DNA of 32,000 bases from Rhodothermia bacterium (GCA_017303715.1 JAFLBZ010000017.1:33357-65356), one strand, 5' to 3'. Positions 8,024 to 17,208 are shown, numbered from the stretch's first letter. Program-made: numbers and translations. Notes: generated by a model from the sequence alone, not told the origin.

Positions 8024-11000
8024 AACAAATCATCATTACCGTTATTGGGCGTTTGTGAGTTATAGCCATCGCGACAACAAGTGGGCCGAGTGGTTACACC
8101 ATGCTTTGGAGCATTTTACCATCCCAGCCGCCTTACGGGACAACTTTGTAGCCAAAGATGGTACAGTACCCAAACGCTTGTTCCCCATCTTTCGAGACAA
8201 AGACGAATTGCCTACATCCGCAGATTTAGGAGAACGGCTAAATGCAGCCCTCGAAAATGCGGCCTATCTGGTGGTGATCTGCTCGCCCAACTCAGCGCGC
8301 TCACAATGGGTTGATGCAGAAATACGTCATTTTAAGAAAATAGGACGGGCAGACTACATTTTACCCATTATTGTGGATGGAGAACCTTATGCTTCCGATG
8401 TCCATAGTGGCTTTGATCCGGCGCAAGAGTGCTTCCCACCCGCTTTACGGTTTCAGGTAGATGCCGACGGCAACCTTACCGATATTCCCGCCGAACCTAT
8501 CGCTGCCGATGTACGGCCGGGTAAAGATGCTAAGCCAGATGCGATACTTCGCTTGGCCGCAGGAATACTCGGGACGGGGTACGATACCCTAAAACAGCGG
8601 GATGCTAAACGGCGACAACGGCGCTTAGTCAGCGCTCTTGCACTAACCTTGGCTGTTTTGGCTGTGATGATCGCGCAGTTGTTTCAGGTTAATGCCGAGA
8701 AACGCCATACCGATGTTGCACGTCAAGAGGCCGTATTCCAAAAAAACGTTGCCTTGGCTGCACAAAAAGAAGCCATCAACGAGAAAAATGAGGCCATTCG
8801 GCAAAAATCCCGTGCGGACTCGCTGCTTTTCGTCGCTACCGATGCCCTTGCCAAAATCGAAGAACAAAACGAGGAATTGGGGCAAAAAAACAACGAACTC
8901 TCCGACCTTGTGACTGCATTAGAAAACGAAAAGGAGCAAACACTGGTTGCCAAAAAGAACGCTGAGGCGCAACGCGATCTTGCACATCAAGCCTCAAACA
9001 GAGCGGAGAACGAGCGCCTGCGGGCAGAGCAAGAAAAACAAACTGCCATTTCCGCACAAGCACAACTCCTATTCCGACGAGGATTAACCGCTATCAAAGA
9101 AAATGCAGAACCCGAAGCCATGACCGCTCTGGCCAAGGCCATACAACTGAAGCCGGATTTATATGGAGCGCAATTCTCTTTGGTTCAACTATTGGAAAGG
9201 CAAAATTCGCCCTTTCCCATACGTTCCTTTCGGGATTCTTTAAGTATTAGCGGGCTGCTAATCCCGACGCCCGATCGTAGTGGTTTCGTTACAGGAAATA
9301 TAAGTGGTTTTAGAAAGTGGGATTTTGATCCTAATCCCCAGAATGGGCGCTATTTTCCAACAAATGGGCTAATCGTGGCGGCTTGTCGTCCAGAAGGCTA
9401 TGATCAAATGCTGACCTTACTGGTTGATGTCGCTCCAAACGGGATGCGCCGTCTCAAATACCAAGCGTGGGACATGGCTACCATGAAACCCGTTAAATCG
9501 TCAACGGTACTCTCAACTACTGTCTTAAGACTCTTCCAGACAGAGTCGTGTAGTGATTTGGTCTTGCAAACTCAACCAGACACCTTTTTTATGTTGGGTA
9601 AAGACCTACAGACTTGGCGCCAAGCCACCATTAACGGAGTCCTCTTTTCTACATATACCATGAAAGCGGAAAAAGCGGCTTTCCTTCAGCGGGATAGTAC
9701 ATTGGTGTATTGGGAGGCTGCTACGGGGAAATCTGTCGGGGAGTCGTTTCGCATGAAGGGGCAAGTGCGTGGTATTCGGGTTAGTCAAGATGGAAAATGG
9801 CTGGCTTCTTTACATAACAACGAATCCCAGATTTATCTACGTCCCTTTGGAGCGGCGAGTATAACACAACGGATTCCGATGGGTTCTGTACCGCTGGGGA
9901 TTGGATTTTCGGAAGATGGGGAAATGATGTATGCCTATGGTTCGGATAGCAGGCTTTTGATATGGGACGTGAAGAAAGAAAATGTTGTGTGCATGACCGA
10001 TAAAATACCCCCGATTATAAACATACGGTTCTATCCTACCGAGAAAATGTTCTCAATGGTCGTAAGTAAAACTGGTCACCAGACCTATAGTACCGAGACC
10101 TGTCGTCCAAAGGGGAGGTCTGTCCATAGCGAAGGCTTGATGCTGTCCAGCCTAATGTCACCCCGTATGGACAAGGTTGCTACGTTCAGTAACGATGGGA
10201 AGATGCAAGTGTGGCAAAATAGCAATACCCTAGACCATTTGACAAGCATCCCGATCTTGGAGAAAAACGTGCTCAATGCGTCTTTATCCCCAGATGGAAC
10301 CATTTTGTTCACCCAAAATGAGGCACAAAGGTTACAGGCTTGGGATATGGTAAGCAAAGCTCCTATTCCTCTAGATTTTCTTCCGAAACAAAATGTACAA
10401 CAGGAACGCCTTATGCGGGATGGGTATATTCTTTCCACGCTGATGGATAGTACGGCAACCTTGTGGCATGTTGACAACGGAAAACCCTTGAAAATAAACA
10501 TCCCGAAGCATGTCCCCGGAACCGTCCTGATCAATAAGGGATATAAATTATTGTCTTATTTAGGCTTGGATGCACTTAGGGTTTTCCACTTAGATCGGGC
10601 TGAAGATCAACCCCTCATCGTTGTACCGCGTCAAAATCTGTTGGATTACGACTCGTCTGTGGATAATAAATGGTTTGTTGCGAGTTCGATAGATTCTACC
10701 CTAAGTATATGGAACACCTATCGCCCTGCGGATGCACCAAAAACCATGAAGCTAAAGTCCCCCACTGCTCGGGTTTATACAGACCCCAACTCAAAATTTG
10801 CCCTTCTTGGGGATACCAATGGAAACAATTGGGTCGCCGATCTCGAAAAAGTCACTCTTTTGCCCATAAATCTTAAAAATCGTGCCATGACCCTCCAGAT
10901 GACCTTCTCGCCTGATGGCGAAAAGGTTGCCATATATTCGGGTGATGCGACCATTCGGATTTTTAGTTTGAGCACAGGCCAACCACAGACCGATTATATT

Positions 11001-11417
11001 CAGCTCGATTCTGGTCTAAACGGCTTTATCTTTTCAGCAGATGGAAAGGCGGTTTTGATTCGAGGTGGTGATAATGTGATCCGATATTTAGATGCCGAGA
11101 GTGGTTTATGGCTGGGTAAGCCATTGGAATTGCAAAATTTACAGGCGATATCTTTTCATGAGAAACTTAACAAGGTGGTCATTTCCATAAAAGGTGAAGG
11201 TGTTTTTATGATGCCGATCTCGGATATTCCAGCGAAGATTCCAATAGAAGTGCTACGCCTTTCCGAGCTTGTGGCTGGTTTAGAAATAGATGCGGTTGGG
11301 CAAACAAGACCCATTACAAACCGGAGCGAAGCTTTAGAGGTGCTACGGAACGAATTTCTTATGCGCCCGAACGATGATCCGGTGAAAATGAAATACCATT
11401 GGTTTTGGCAAGAATAA
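8013..11417 (+). CDS. TIR domain protein: N-terminal TIR, single TM helix, ~125-aa coiled coil, degenerate WD40-like beta-propeller
   Basis: 1134 aa. The ATG at 8013 overlaps the upstream gene by 11 nt (its stop is at 8021-8023). The TIR domain spans aa ~11-125 (YWAFVSYSHRDNKWAEWLHHALE...LVVICSPNSARSQWVDAEIRHFKK...ILPIIVDGEP), with Glu103 at nt 8319-8321. A KRRQRR stop-transfer patch is followed by the TM helix LVSALALTLAVLAVMIAQLF (aa ~205-224). A Lys/Glu/Gln/Asn-rich heptad region covers aa ~225-350. Repeated propeller-blade motifs follow (VSQDGKWLASL, FSEDGEMMYAYGSDSRLLIWDV, FSNDGKMQVWQ, LSPDGTILFT, FSPDGEKVAIYSGDATIRIFSL, FSADGKAVLIRGGDNVIRYLD). Confidence 0.85.
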   Translation: MLSKTNHHYRYWAFVSYSHRDNKWAEWLHHALEHFTIPAALRDNFVAKDGTVPKRLFPIFRDKDELPTSADLGERLNAALENAAYLVVICSPNSARSQWVDAEIRHFKKIGRADYILPIIVDGEPYASDVHSGFDPAQECFPPALRFQVDADGNLTDIPAEPIAADVRPGKDAKPDAILRLAAGILGTGYDTLKQRDAKRRQRRLVSALALTLAVLAVMIAQLFQVNAEKRHTDVARQEAVFQKNVALAAQKEAINEKNEAIRQKSRADSLLFVATDALAKIEEQNEELGQKNNELSDLVTALENEKEQTLVAKKNAEAQRDLAHQASNRAENERLRAEQEKQTAISAQAQLLFRRGLTAIKENAEPEAMTALAKAIQLKPDLYGAQFSLVQLLERQNSPFPIRSFRDSLSISGLLIPTPDRSGFVTGNISGFRKWDFDPNPQNGRYFPTNGLIVAACRPEGYDQMLTLLVDVAPNGMRRLKYQAWDMATMKPVKSSTVLSTTVLRLFQTESCSDLVLQTQPDTFFMLGKDLQTWRQATINGVLFSTYTMKAEKAAFLQRDSTLVYWEAATGKSVGESFRMKGQVRGIRVSQDGKWLASLHNNESQIYLRPFGAASITQRIPMGSVPLGIGFSEDGEMMYAYGSDSRLLIWDVKKENVVCMTDKIPPIINIRFYPTEKMFSMVVSKTGHQTYSTETCRPKGRSVHSEGLMLSSLMSPRMDKVATFSNDGKMQVWQNSNTLDHLTSIPILEKNVLNASLSPDGTILFTQNEAQRLQAWDMVSKAPIPLDFLPKQNVQQERLMRDGYILSTLMDSTATLWHVDNGKPLKINIPKHVPGTVLINKGYKLLSYLGLDALRVFHLDRAEDQPLIVVPRQNLLDYDSSVDNKWFVASSIDSTLSIWNTYRPADAPKTMKLKSPTARVYTDPNSKFALLGDTNGNNWVADLEKVTLLPINLKNRAMTLQMTFSPDGEKVAIYSGDATIRIFSLSTGQPQTDYIQLDSGLNGFIFSADGKAVLIRGGDNVIRYLDAESGLWLGKPLELQNLQAISFHEKLNKVVISIKGEGVFMMPISDIPAKIPIEVLRLSELVAGLEIDAVGQTRPITNRSEALEVLRNEFLMRPNDDPVKMKYHWFWQE

Positions 11418-11527
11418 AACCATACTGGGGAACCCATAAACCGGGTGGGCGTGTACGCCTGCCCTAATTTTGGCCCTTATCATGACGAATGGCGTAGGTC
11501 AAGGGCTTCGTAATAAAAAATGATTTG

Positions 11528-12310
11528 ATGACAATAGCAATTTGGAGCGAGCCTTCTGGGGATTGGTTGGCCTCCGCGTATGCGTTTTTGGGGCATAGCG
11601 TTTTGCGCTTACCTGCTTATGCCACTCACGAGGCATTGATGCGTGGAAAGGTGGAGGCGGCACTCCTCCCAACCCTCACGGTGTTGAGAGAGCCTGATCT
11701 TTACACCATTTCGTTACAAGTGGGTTTGGTTGCAGGTGCATACCCCTTTATGCAATTCTTGGTACGGGATGGCCTAGACAAAATCAAGCGGGTAGCCTTT
11801 GACCCCCGCTATGTACAGGAAGTGCTTATGGCACGTATCCTCCTTGCAGAACACTACCAGACAAATGCCAAGTTTTTACCGTTCGTAGATGAAACCCTTA
11901 CAGAAGTAATCGAAAAATCGGATACGGTGCTGTGGCCAAATAATGGGGATGCTCCAACCGCTACCTTCAATTTGGACTTGGGGCAAGAATGGATGGACCT
12001 GACCGCTTATCCGACCATCTGGGCGGTGATGGCCATGAGAAAAGACACGATGGACGATGAAAAATCGGAGGCACTGGCCGCCATTTTAGATCGTTCCATG
12101 CCATTGGTCAAACCCCAAAACGAGGCGCAAGAAGACTTTTGGCAGACCCATTTCTCCGCTCGGATAGATGATTTTGCCTTGGCTGGACTAACGGCCACCA
12201 TCGAAACGTTTTTTCATCATGGCGTTTTGGAGGAGTTGCCCAACGTGCCTTTCTATCAAACCTTACAAGAACAAACCGAAACTGATACGGAAGACGAAGA
12301 AGAGGAGTAA
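11528..12310 (+). CDS. MqnA/MqnD-like (periplasmic-binding-protein fold, futalosine-pathway family) protein with an acidic C-terminal tail
   Basis: 260 aa from the ATG at 11528; the ORF track starts 3 nt earlier at a TTG. HEALMRGKVEAALLPTLTVLREPDLY and KRVAFDPRYVQEVLMARILLAEHYQ resemble the MqnA pattern (L..G.lD.alis..ey... / valt..s.ts..Ll.ilL...yg). The tail is TETDTEDEEEE. The family assignment is from memory only. Confidence 0.4.
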   Translation: MTIAIWSEPSGDWLASAYAFLGHSVLRLPAYATHEALMRGKVEAALLPTLTVLREPDLYTISLQVGLVAGAYPFMQFLVRDGLDKIKRVAFDPRYVQEVLMARILLAEHYQTNAKFLPFVDETLTEVIEKSDTVLWPNNGDAPTATFNLDLGQEWMDLTAYPTIWAVMAMRKDTMDDEKSEALAAILDRSMPLVKPQNEAQEDFWQTHFSARIDDFALAGLTATIETFFHHGVLEELPNVPFYQTLQEQTETDTEDEEEE

Positions 12311-12340
12311 TATATCTAAAATAAGTAAAAGTAAACGTTT

Positions 12341-12826
12341 ATGGCAAAGCAAATACAGCCCGATAAAACCATCATGACCAACCGTCGGGCAAGGCACGAG
12401 TACCACATCGAAGACGAATATGAAGCCGGAATTGTCTTAACCGGAACCGAGGTAAAGTCCATCCGAGACGGTAAAATCAATCTTCAAGATGCGTTTTGCG
12501 AAATTCGATCGGATGGCGCTTACCTCATTGGCGCGCATATCTCGCCTTATACACACGGTGGCCAATATTTTAACCATGAACCTGTTCGTGGTCGGCGGTT
12601 GTTACTTCATAGCCGTGAAATAAAAAAAATGGCACGCGCAAAAGACCAAAAAGGGTACACCTTGATTCCACTTGCGGTTTACTTGAAAAATAAACGTGTT
12701 AAAATAGCGGTTGGTGTTGCAAAAGGAAAAAAACTCTATGACAAACGGGAAACCATTGCCGAGCGCGATTCCGAAAGAGAATTAGACCGAATCCGGAAAA
12801 ACGCCCGCCGTAGCGATGAGGATTAA
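12341..12826 (+). CDS. smpB: SsrA-binding protein SmpB
   Basis: 161 aa. TIMTNRRARHEYHIEDEYEAGIVLTGTEVKSIRDGKINLQDAFCEI...LLLHSREIKKM...GYTLIPLAVYLKNKRVKIAVGVAKGKKLYDKRE is the canonical SmpB sequence pattern. Confidence 0.95.
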   Translation: MAKQIQPDKTIMTNRRARHEYHIEDEYEAGIVLTGTEVKSIRDGKINLQDAFCEIRSDGAYLIGAHISPYTHGGQYFNHEPVRGRRLLLHSREIKKMARAKDQKGYTLIPLAVYLKNKRVKIAVGVAKGKKLYDKRETIAERDSERELDRIRKNARRSDED

Positions 12827-12983
12827 GATAATGGACAGCAATCTGTATAAATGAATTTGTATTTGGCTATAATGGTGCAACTGGATCACTGAATGGGCGT
12901 AACTGCAAGGTGAACCGTAAGCACAAAGGAAATGTATTTCGTACCTTTCTATTTGGTGATGGTATAACCTAAACCTAAAAAAG

Positions 12984-13274
12984 ATGAAACGTTCGTTCGT
13001 TCTGATTCCGCTCGTGTTGTTGGGTGGGATTTTATTAAGTGGTTGTATGCCTAACACAGGTGTTTTCACCGATGCACAGCCCGCAAATTTCCTGCATGGG
13101 GTATGGCACGGATGGATCGCACCGATTTCGCTGATTTTCAGCATTTTTAGCGATCCAAGTATCCGAATTTACGAGATTCAAAACATTGGATTCTGGTACG
13201 ACCTCGGATTTTACATGGCCATCATCAGCGGCTTTGGCGGGTTGTCGTTCTTCCGGAAGAAAAAAGAAACGTAA
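12984..13274 (+). CDS. Small lipoprotein / membrane protein, function unknown
   Basis: 96 aa. It has a signal peptide with a lipobox (LLGGILLSGC) and two further hydrophobic segments (WIAPISLIFSIF, FYMAIISGFGGLSFF). It ends 11 nt before tyrS. Confidence 0.55.
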   Translation: MKRSFVLIPLVLLGGILLSGCMPNTGVFTDAQPANFLHGVWHGWIAPISLIFSIFSDPSIRIYEIQNIGFWYDLGFYMAIISGFGGLSFFRKKKET

Positions 13275-13285
13275 CCAACCTAAAA

Positions 13286-14497
13286 ATGCTACAATTTCCT
13301 CCCTTAGAAGTACAATTAGCCCAAATTAAACGGGGCGTTGAAGAAATTATTCCAGAAGCGGACTTGGTTAAAAAGCTGAAGCGCTCGTTTGAAACCGGAA
13401 AGCCATTAACGATCAAATTGGGCTGTGATCCGAGTCGTCCGGATTTACATCTCGGTCATGCGGTCGTTTTAAGGAAACTCCGACAATTCCAAGACTTGGG
13501 CCATCGCATTATTCTCATTGTCGGTGACTTTACGGGCATGATTGGTGACCCCAGTGGCCGCTCTAAAACACGCCCAGCGCTTACCTTAGAAGATACCCGT
13601 GTGAATGGGCGGTCTTACTTCGAGCAAGCCTCCAAGATTTTAGACCCAGAAAGAACCGAAATCGTGTATAACTCCGACTGGCTTGGGAAAATGTCCTTTA
13701 CTGATGTCATCCAACTGGCAGGAAAATACACCGTAGCGCGGATGTTGGAGCGCGATGAGTTCTCGAAGCGCTTCAAGGCTGGCGAACCCATCTCCATTCA
13801 CGAATTTCTTTACCCATTGGCACAAGCCCAAGACTCGGTTCACTTAAAAGCGGATGTTGAGCTTGGTGGAACAGATCAGAAATTTAACCTCTTGGTGGGG
13901 CGTGATGTGCAATCTGCCGTTGGGATTGAGCCGCAAGTCTGTATTACCCTGCCCATTCTTGAAGGCTTAGATGGTGTTCAGAAAATGTCTAAATCGTTAG
14001 ATAACTATATTGGTATTTCAGAAGCACCTGAACAAATGTATGGTAAAACGCTCTCTATTCCAGATGCCTTGATTTATCGTTATGTAGAATTGGCAACAGA
14101 TATTCCGACAGAAGCCCTGCCCAACTGGAAAGCCCGTGCCGAGCAAGATCCCAGAAACGCCAAGCATGATCTGGCATGGAACATTGTAAGGATGTATCAC
14201 GGTGAGGATGCTGCGAATGAAGCGCGGAACCACTTTGAAAAAACCGTCATCCGCAAAGAAAATCCAGACGATATGCCCGAATTTGCCACAAGTGGTGACG
14301 TTGGCCTCCTGAACTTAATTCGGGAAAGTGGCTTGGCGGCTTCTAATGGCGAGGCCAGAAGGTTGGTAGTACAGGGCGGTGTTTCCATAGACGGAGAAAA
14401 GGTCTCTGACCCGGCAACCACAATAACAATTTCAACAAAAGCGCCGTTTGTTCTAAAGGTGGGAAAACTCAAGTTTGTAAAAATAACCCAAGTTTGA
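13286..14497 (+). CDS. tyrS: Tyrosine--tRNA ligase
   Basis: 403 aa. HIGH motif (PDLHLGHAVV), GDFTGMIGDPSGRS, GGTDQKFN, KMSKS motif (QKMSKSLDNYIG) and a C-terminal S4-like domain (SNGEARRLVVQGGVSIDGEKV). Confidence 0.93.
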   Translation: MLQFPPLEVQLAQIKRGVEEIIPEADLVKKLKRSFETGKPLTIKLGCDPSRPDLHLGHAVVLRKLRQFQDLGHRIILIVGDFTGMIGDPSGRSKTRPALTLEDTRVNGRSYFEQASKILDPERTEIVYNSDWLGKMSFTDVIQLAGKYTVARMLERDEFSKRFKAGEPISIHEFLYPLAQAQDSVHLKADVELGGTDQKFNLLVGRDVQSAVGIEPQVCITLPILEGLDGVQKMSKSLDNYIGISEAPEQMYGKTLSIPDALIYRYVELATDIPTEALPNWKARAEQDPRNAKHDLAWNIVRMYHGEDAANEARNHFEKTVIRKENPDDMPEFATSGDVGLLNLIRESGLAASNGEARRLVVQGGVSIDGEKVSDPATTITISTKAPFVLKVGKLKFVKITQV

Positions 14498-14614
14498 GCA
14501 ACTCAATCGGTGTTACATTGCACGATCACCTTGTGGCAACCAGTATCGGGTTGGGTACCAGAAGTGCTTTATGTGTATGGTCTCCAACCCTTGTTTAATA
14601 AAAGACGAAAGGTT

Positions 14615-17164
14615 ATGAAAACAGCTCAATTCCTCTTAGTGACCTGCCTCGCTTGCTGTATTTTTGGGGGCAATCCGATTTTGGCACAAGATGCTGGAAC
14701 AAGTCCGCAAACGGAAACACCTTTCGACAAAGGCGTTCGTGCCTTCCGAGGTGGGCAATATGCCGAGGCTAAGGCCATTTTTGAAGCCATTCCAGAAGTG
14801 GATGCCACTTTTGCAGAATCCCGTTTTATGTTGGCGCGAATATTGGTTGAAAGTTCCGAAAAGGACTTTAAAGGAGCAAATCGTTACTTAGACCACGCCT
14901 TGCGAAAAGACCCTGAAAATGTACGGTACTTGGTCGCCAAATTAAACATCATCCGAGATCCAGAAAACCAAGTTCAACTCGGCGGCAAGTCTGGCGAGGA
15001 TAGAAATGTAATCATAGAACGATTGTCAACTTTTTTGTCGAAAAACTGGCTACAAGAGCGGTATCGTGATGCCTTGGCGCGTGATTTGTCTCGAAAAATC
15101 TTGCAGAAAGACCCGAACAATGCGTTTGCGCACGAGGAAATGGGGATTACCTATATCAAAGACTACTGGCGCTTCCGAAATGCCATTGCCGTTCCACAAT
15201 ATACCAATACCAATCGTGCAGACCGGAATCGAGACAGAACGATTGAGTCCACGGATATTCGGCAGACGCCGGGTAGCCTTACAGACCCGAATGCGACCTT
15301 AGAATTTAACCCCGGCTTGCCTAATGATCCTTTTGCAGACCTAATTTCCTTGGCAGAAAAACAAGACCCGTTCGGAATGTATTCGGTTACATTGAATGAC
15401 CAGTTTGATCTGGAAGAAATGAAAACCCAAGGCATTCCAGTAAAAGATTTTAGCAATCGTGCCGAATATGCTTACAATAAAGCGACTTCACACCTCAAAA
15501 AAGCGCAAGAAAACGACCCTATGCGGCGTTCGGTTTATAACCATCTGATGCGGGTTTATTTGCTTAAAGGAGAATACCGCGAAGCAGCCATCATGCTGCA
15601 AGACATGTACGCTTTTTTTGCAGATGATCCAGAAACGAACCTTTTTATTGGAGCGGCACAATACAAACTCGGTAATTATGAGGCCGCTATGCAGTTTTTT
15701 GACCGTGCCTTTGAAAAAATGGATACGAAAACCCGATCCGCATTTGAAGACATCGGCGTCATTTTGCCCGAAAGCGAGCGGGCAGCTTATCGAAACGATC
15801 CAATAGGATATGCCACTAAGTTCTGGACAAGTCAAAATCCACGCTTCCTTACCCCATTTAATGAGCGGAAGATGGAGCATTATTATCGGTTGGTCTATGC
15901 AGATTTACTGTATTCGGTTCAACGATTGGGAATTCGTGGCTGGGAAAGCCAACGTGGCCAAATTTTGATTCGATACGGCGTCCCGAGCGTCGAGATTATT
16001 ATGGAGAAAGATGGCCCACTCGGAGGGAGGGGGAAGGGCTGGGATTCGCCCGTAGGCCAGAGCGTGGAACAAGCCTCTCAACTTTCTACCTCGCAGCGTG
16101 GAAATGTGTTTCAAGAGGAAGTTTATGACTCAAGAAAAGCTGCAAAACTTTATAATATCTGGATTTATCCGCAATTCAGATTTGTGTTTGAGGACGCTTT
16201 TCGGAATGGGGACTATGTTTTTTATTCCCCAACCCAAGAAGATATAGACAGTGGCGTAGATCCCTACGTCAATGATTATGAATTGAAGTCTCGCGAAATT
16301 TTTAAAAAGTATAACGATTTTTATCAGTATAAGTCGAATGGCCGTCAGGTGAGTTTGCCCTATTTGGTCAATACCTTTAAAGGCAAGGGGAGCCAGGCGG
16401 ATCTTTATCTCCATGCAGGGGTTCCGGTGCAACAGTATGATGCAAATAAGTCGGAAATAAACCTAAACCTTAACTTTGGTACTTTTCTGATCGGCGAAAA
16501 TCGCGACTTTTTGGTGGAAAGACGCCTAACGACTTATGGCATGAAAACGGCACAAATCGTGAAGTTCAAAGAAACGGATTTGTGGATTTATACCCAAGCT
16601 ATGACGGCTCCGGCGGGGAGCCAGACCCTGAGCGTAGAATTTGAAACGGCAAGTGGTGGAACGATGGGGGTTCAGCGCCGGCGAATATCAGTTCCCGATT
16701 ATACCAAGCCCGTTTTTGCCATGTCGGATGCGATGTTGGCGTATAATGTCGAAGAATCGCCGGATAACAAGCCCATTAATACTGGAGATGTAGTCCGGAA
16801 TGGCCTTTCTATACGGCCCGCGCCTTGGAGCGTTTTTGATAAAACCAGTCCAATTTATTTCTATTTCGAGATGTACAATTTATCCATGGATGGGGCTGGG
16901 AAAACAAAATATCAGGTAGAAGCCCAGTTGGTTCCAAAAGAAACCGGTAATGGGGTGCAAAGGACCATGAACAATTTGTTTCGCAGGAAAGAAAAGGGGG
17001 TTTCTGTTAAGTTTGAAAACAGCGGGTCTTCGGTTGATGATGCACAATATTTGGTCTTGGAGGCCGGAAAACAAGAAGCGGGTCTTTATACATTGACCGT
17101 CCGCATCAAAGACGTCGTCTCCGGAAAAGCGGTGGAGCGGGTGAAAGACCTGTTTTTGGAATAA
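14615..17164 (+). CDS. Secreted TPR-repeat / GWxTD-domain protein
   Basis: The ORF is open from 14510, but the ATG at 14615 gives a clean signal peptide (MKTAQFLLVTCLACCIFGGNPILAQ). TPR-like helices are present (GQYAEAKAIFEAI, GEYREAAIMLQDMY, GNYEAAMQFFDRAFE). The GWxTD signature is RLGIRGWESQRGQILIRYGVPS. Confidence 0.75.
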   Translation: MKTAQFLLVTCLACCIFGGNPILAQDAGTSPQTETPFDKGVRAFRGGQYAEAKAIFEAIPEVDATFAESRFMLARILVESSEKDFKGANRYLDHALRKDPENVRYLVAKLNIIRDPENQVQLGGKSGEDRNVIIERLSTFLSKNWLQERYRDALARDLSRKILQKDPNNAFAHEEMGITYIKDYWRFRNAIAVPQYTNTNRADRNRDRTIESTDIRQTPGSLTDPNATLEFNPGLPNDPFADLISLAEKQDPFGMYSVTLNDQFDLEEMKTQGIPVKDFSNRAEYAYNKATSHLKKAQENDPMRRSVYNHLMRVYLLKGEYREAAIMLQDMYAFFADDPETNLFIGAAQYKLGNYEAAMQFFDRAFEKMDTKTRSAFEDIGVILPESERAAYRNDPIGYATKFWTSQNPRFLTPFNERKMEHYYRLVYADLLYSVQRLGIRGWESQRGQILIRYGVPSVEIIMEKDGPLGGRGKGWDSPVGQSVEQASQLSTSQRGNVFQEEVYDSRKAAKLYNIWIYPQFRFVFEDAFRNGDYVFYSPTQEDIDSGVDPYVNDYELKSREIFKKYNDFYQYKSNGRQVSLPYLVNTFKGKGSQADLYLHAGVPVQQYDANKSEINLNLNFGTFLIGENRDFLVERRLTTYGMKTAQIVKFKETDLWIYTQAMTAPAGSQTLSVEFETASGGTMGVQRRRISVPDYTKPVFAMSDAMLAYNVEESPDNKPINTGDVVRNGLSIRPAPWSVFDKTSPIYFYFEMYNLSMDGAGKTKYQVEAQLVPKETGNGVQRTMNNLFRRKEKGVSVKFENSGSSVDDAQYLVLEAGKQEAGLYTLTVRIKDVVSGKAVERVKDLFLE

Positions 17165-17208
17165 TTGTGCAAGTGGTGAAAGTGCATAAATTTTAACAAG
17201 ACAAAACC

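Noticed and set aside
8643-9063. Cluster of overlapping 73-80-aa ORFs on both strands within the TIR gene.
   Set aside because: They coincide with the purine-rich, low-complexity coiled-coil coding region, where stop codons are rare in several frames. This is an artefact of composition.
12827-12983. Possible tmRNA (ssrA) or riboswitch in the 157-nt gap downstream of smpB.
   Set aside because: The gap is far too short for tmRNA, and I see no tRNA-like acceptor or T-arm sequences. Only weak 5-6-bp hairpins are present, and nothing matches a riboswitch core that I can recall. It is most likely just the promoter region of the lipoprotein/tyrS unit.
14510-14614. An upstream GTG start would extend the GWxTD protein by 35 aa.
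   Set aside because: The extension (MLHCTITLWQPVSGWVPEVLYVYGLQPLFNKRRKV) would bury the clean signal peptide that begins at the ATG at 14615. It also starts only 12 nt after the tyrS stop, with no supporting signal.
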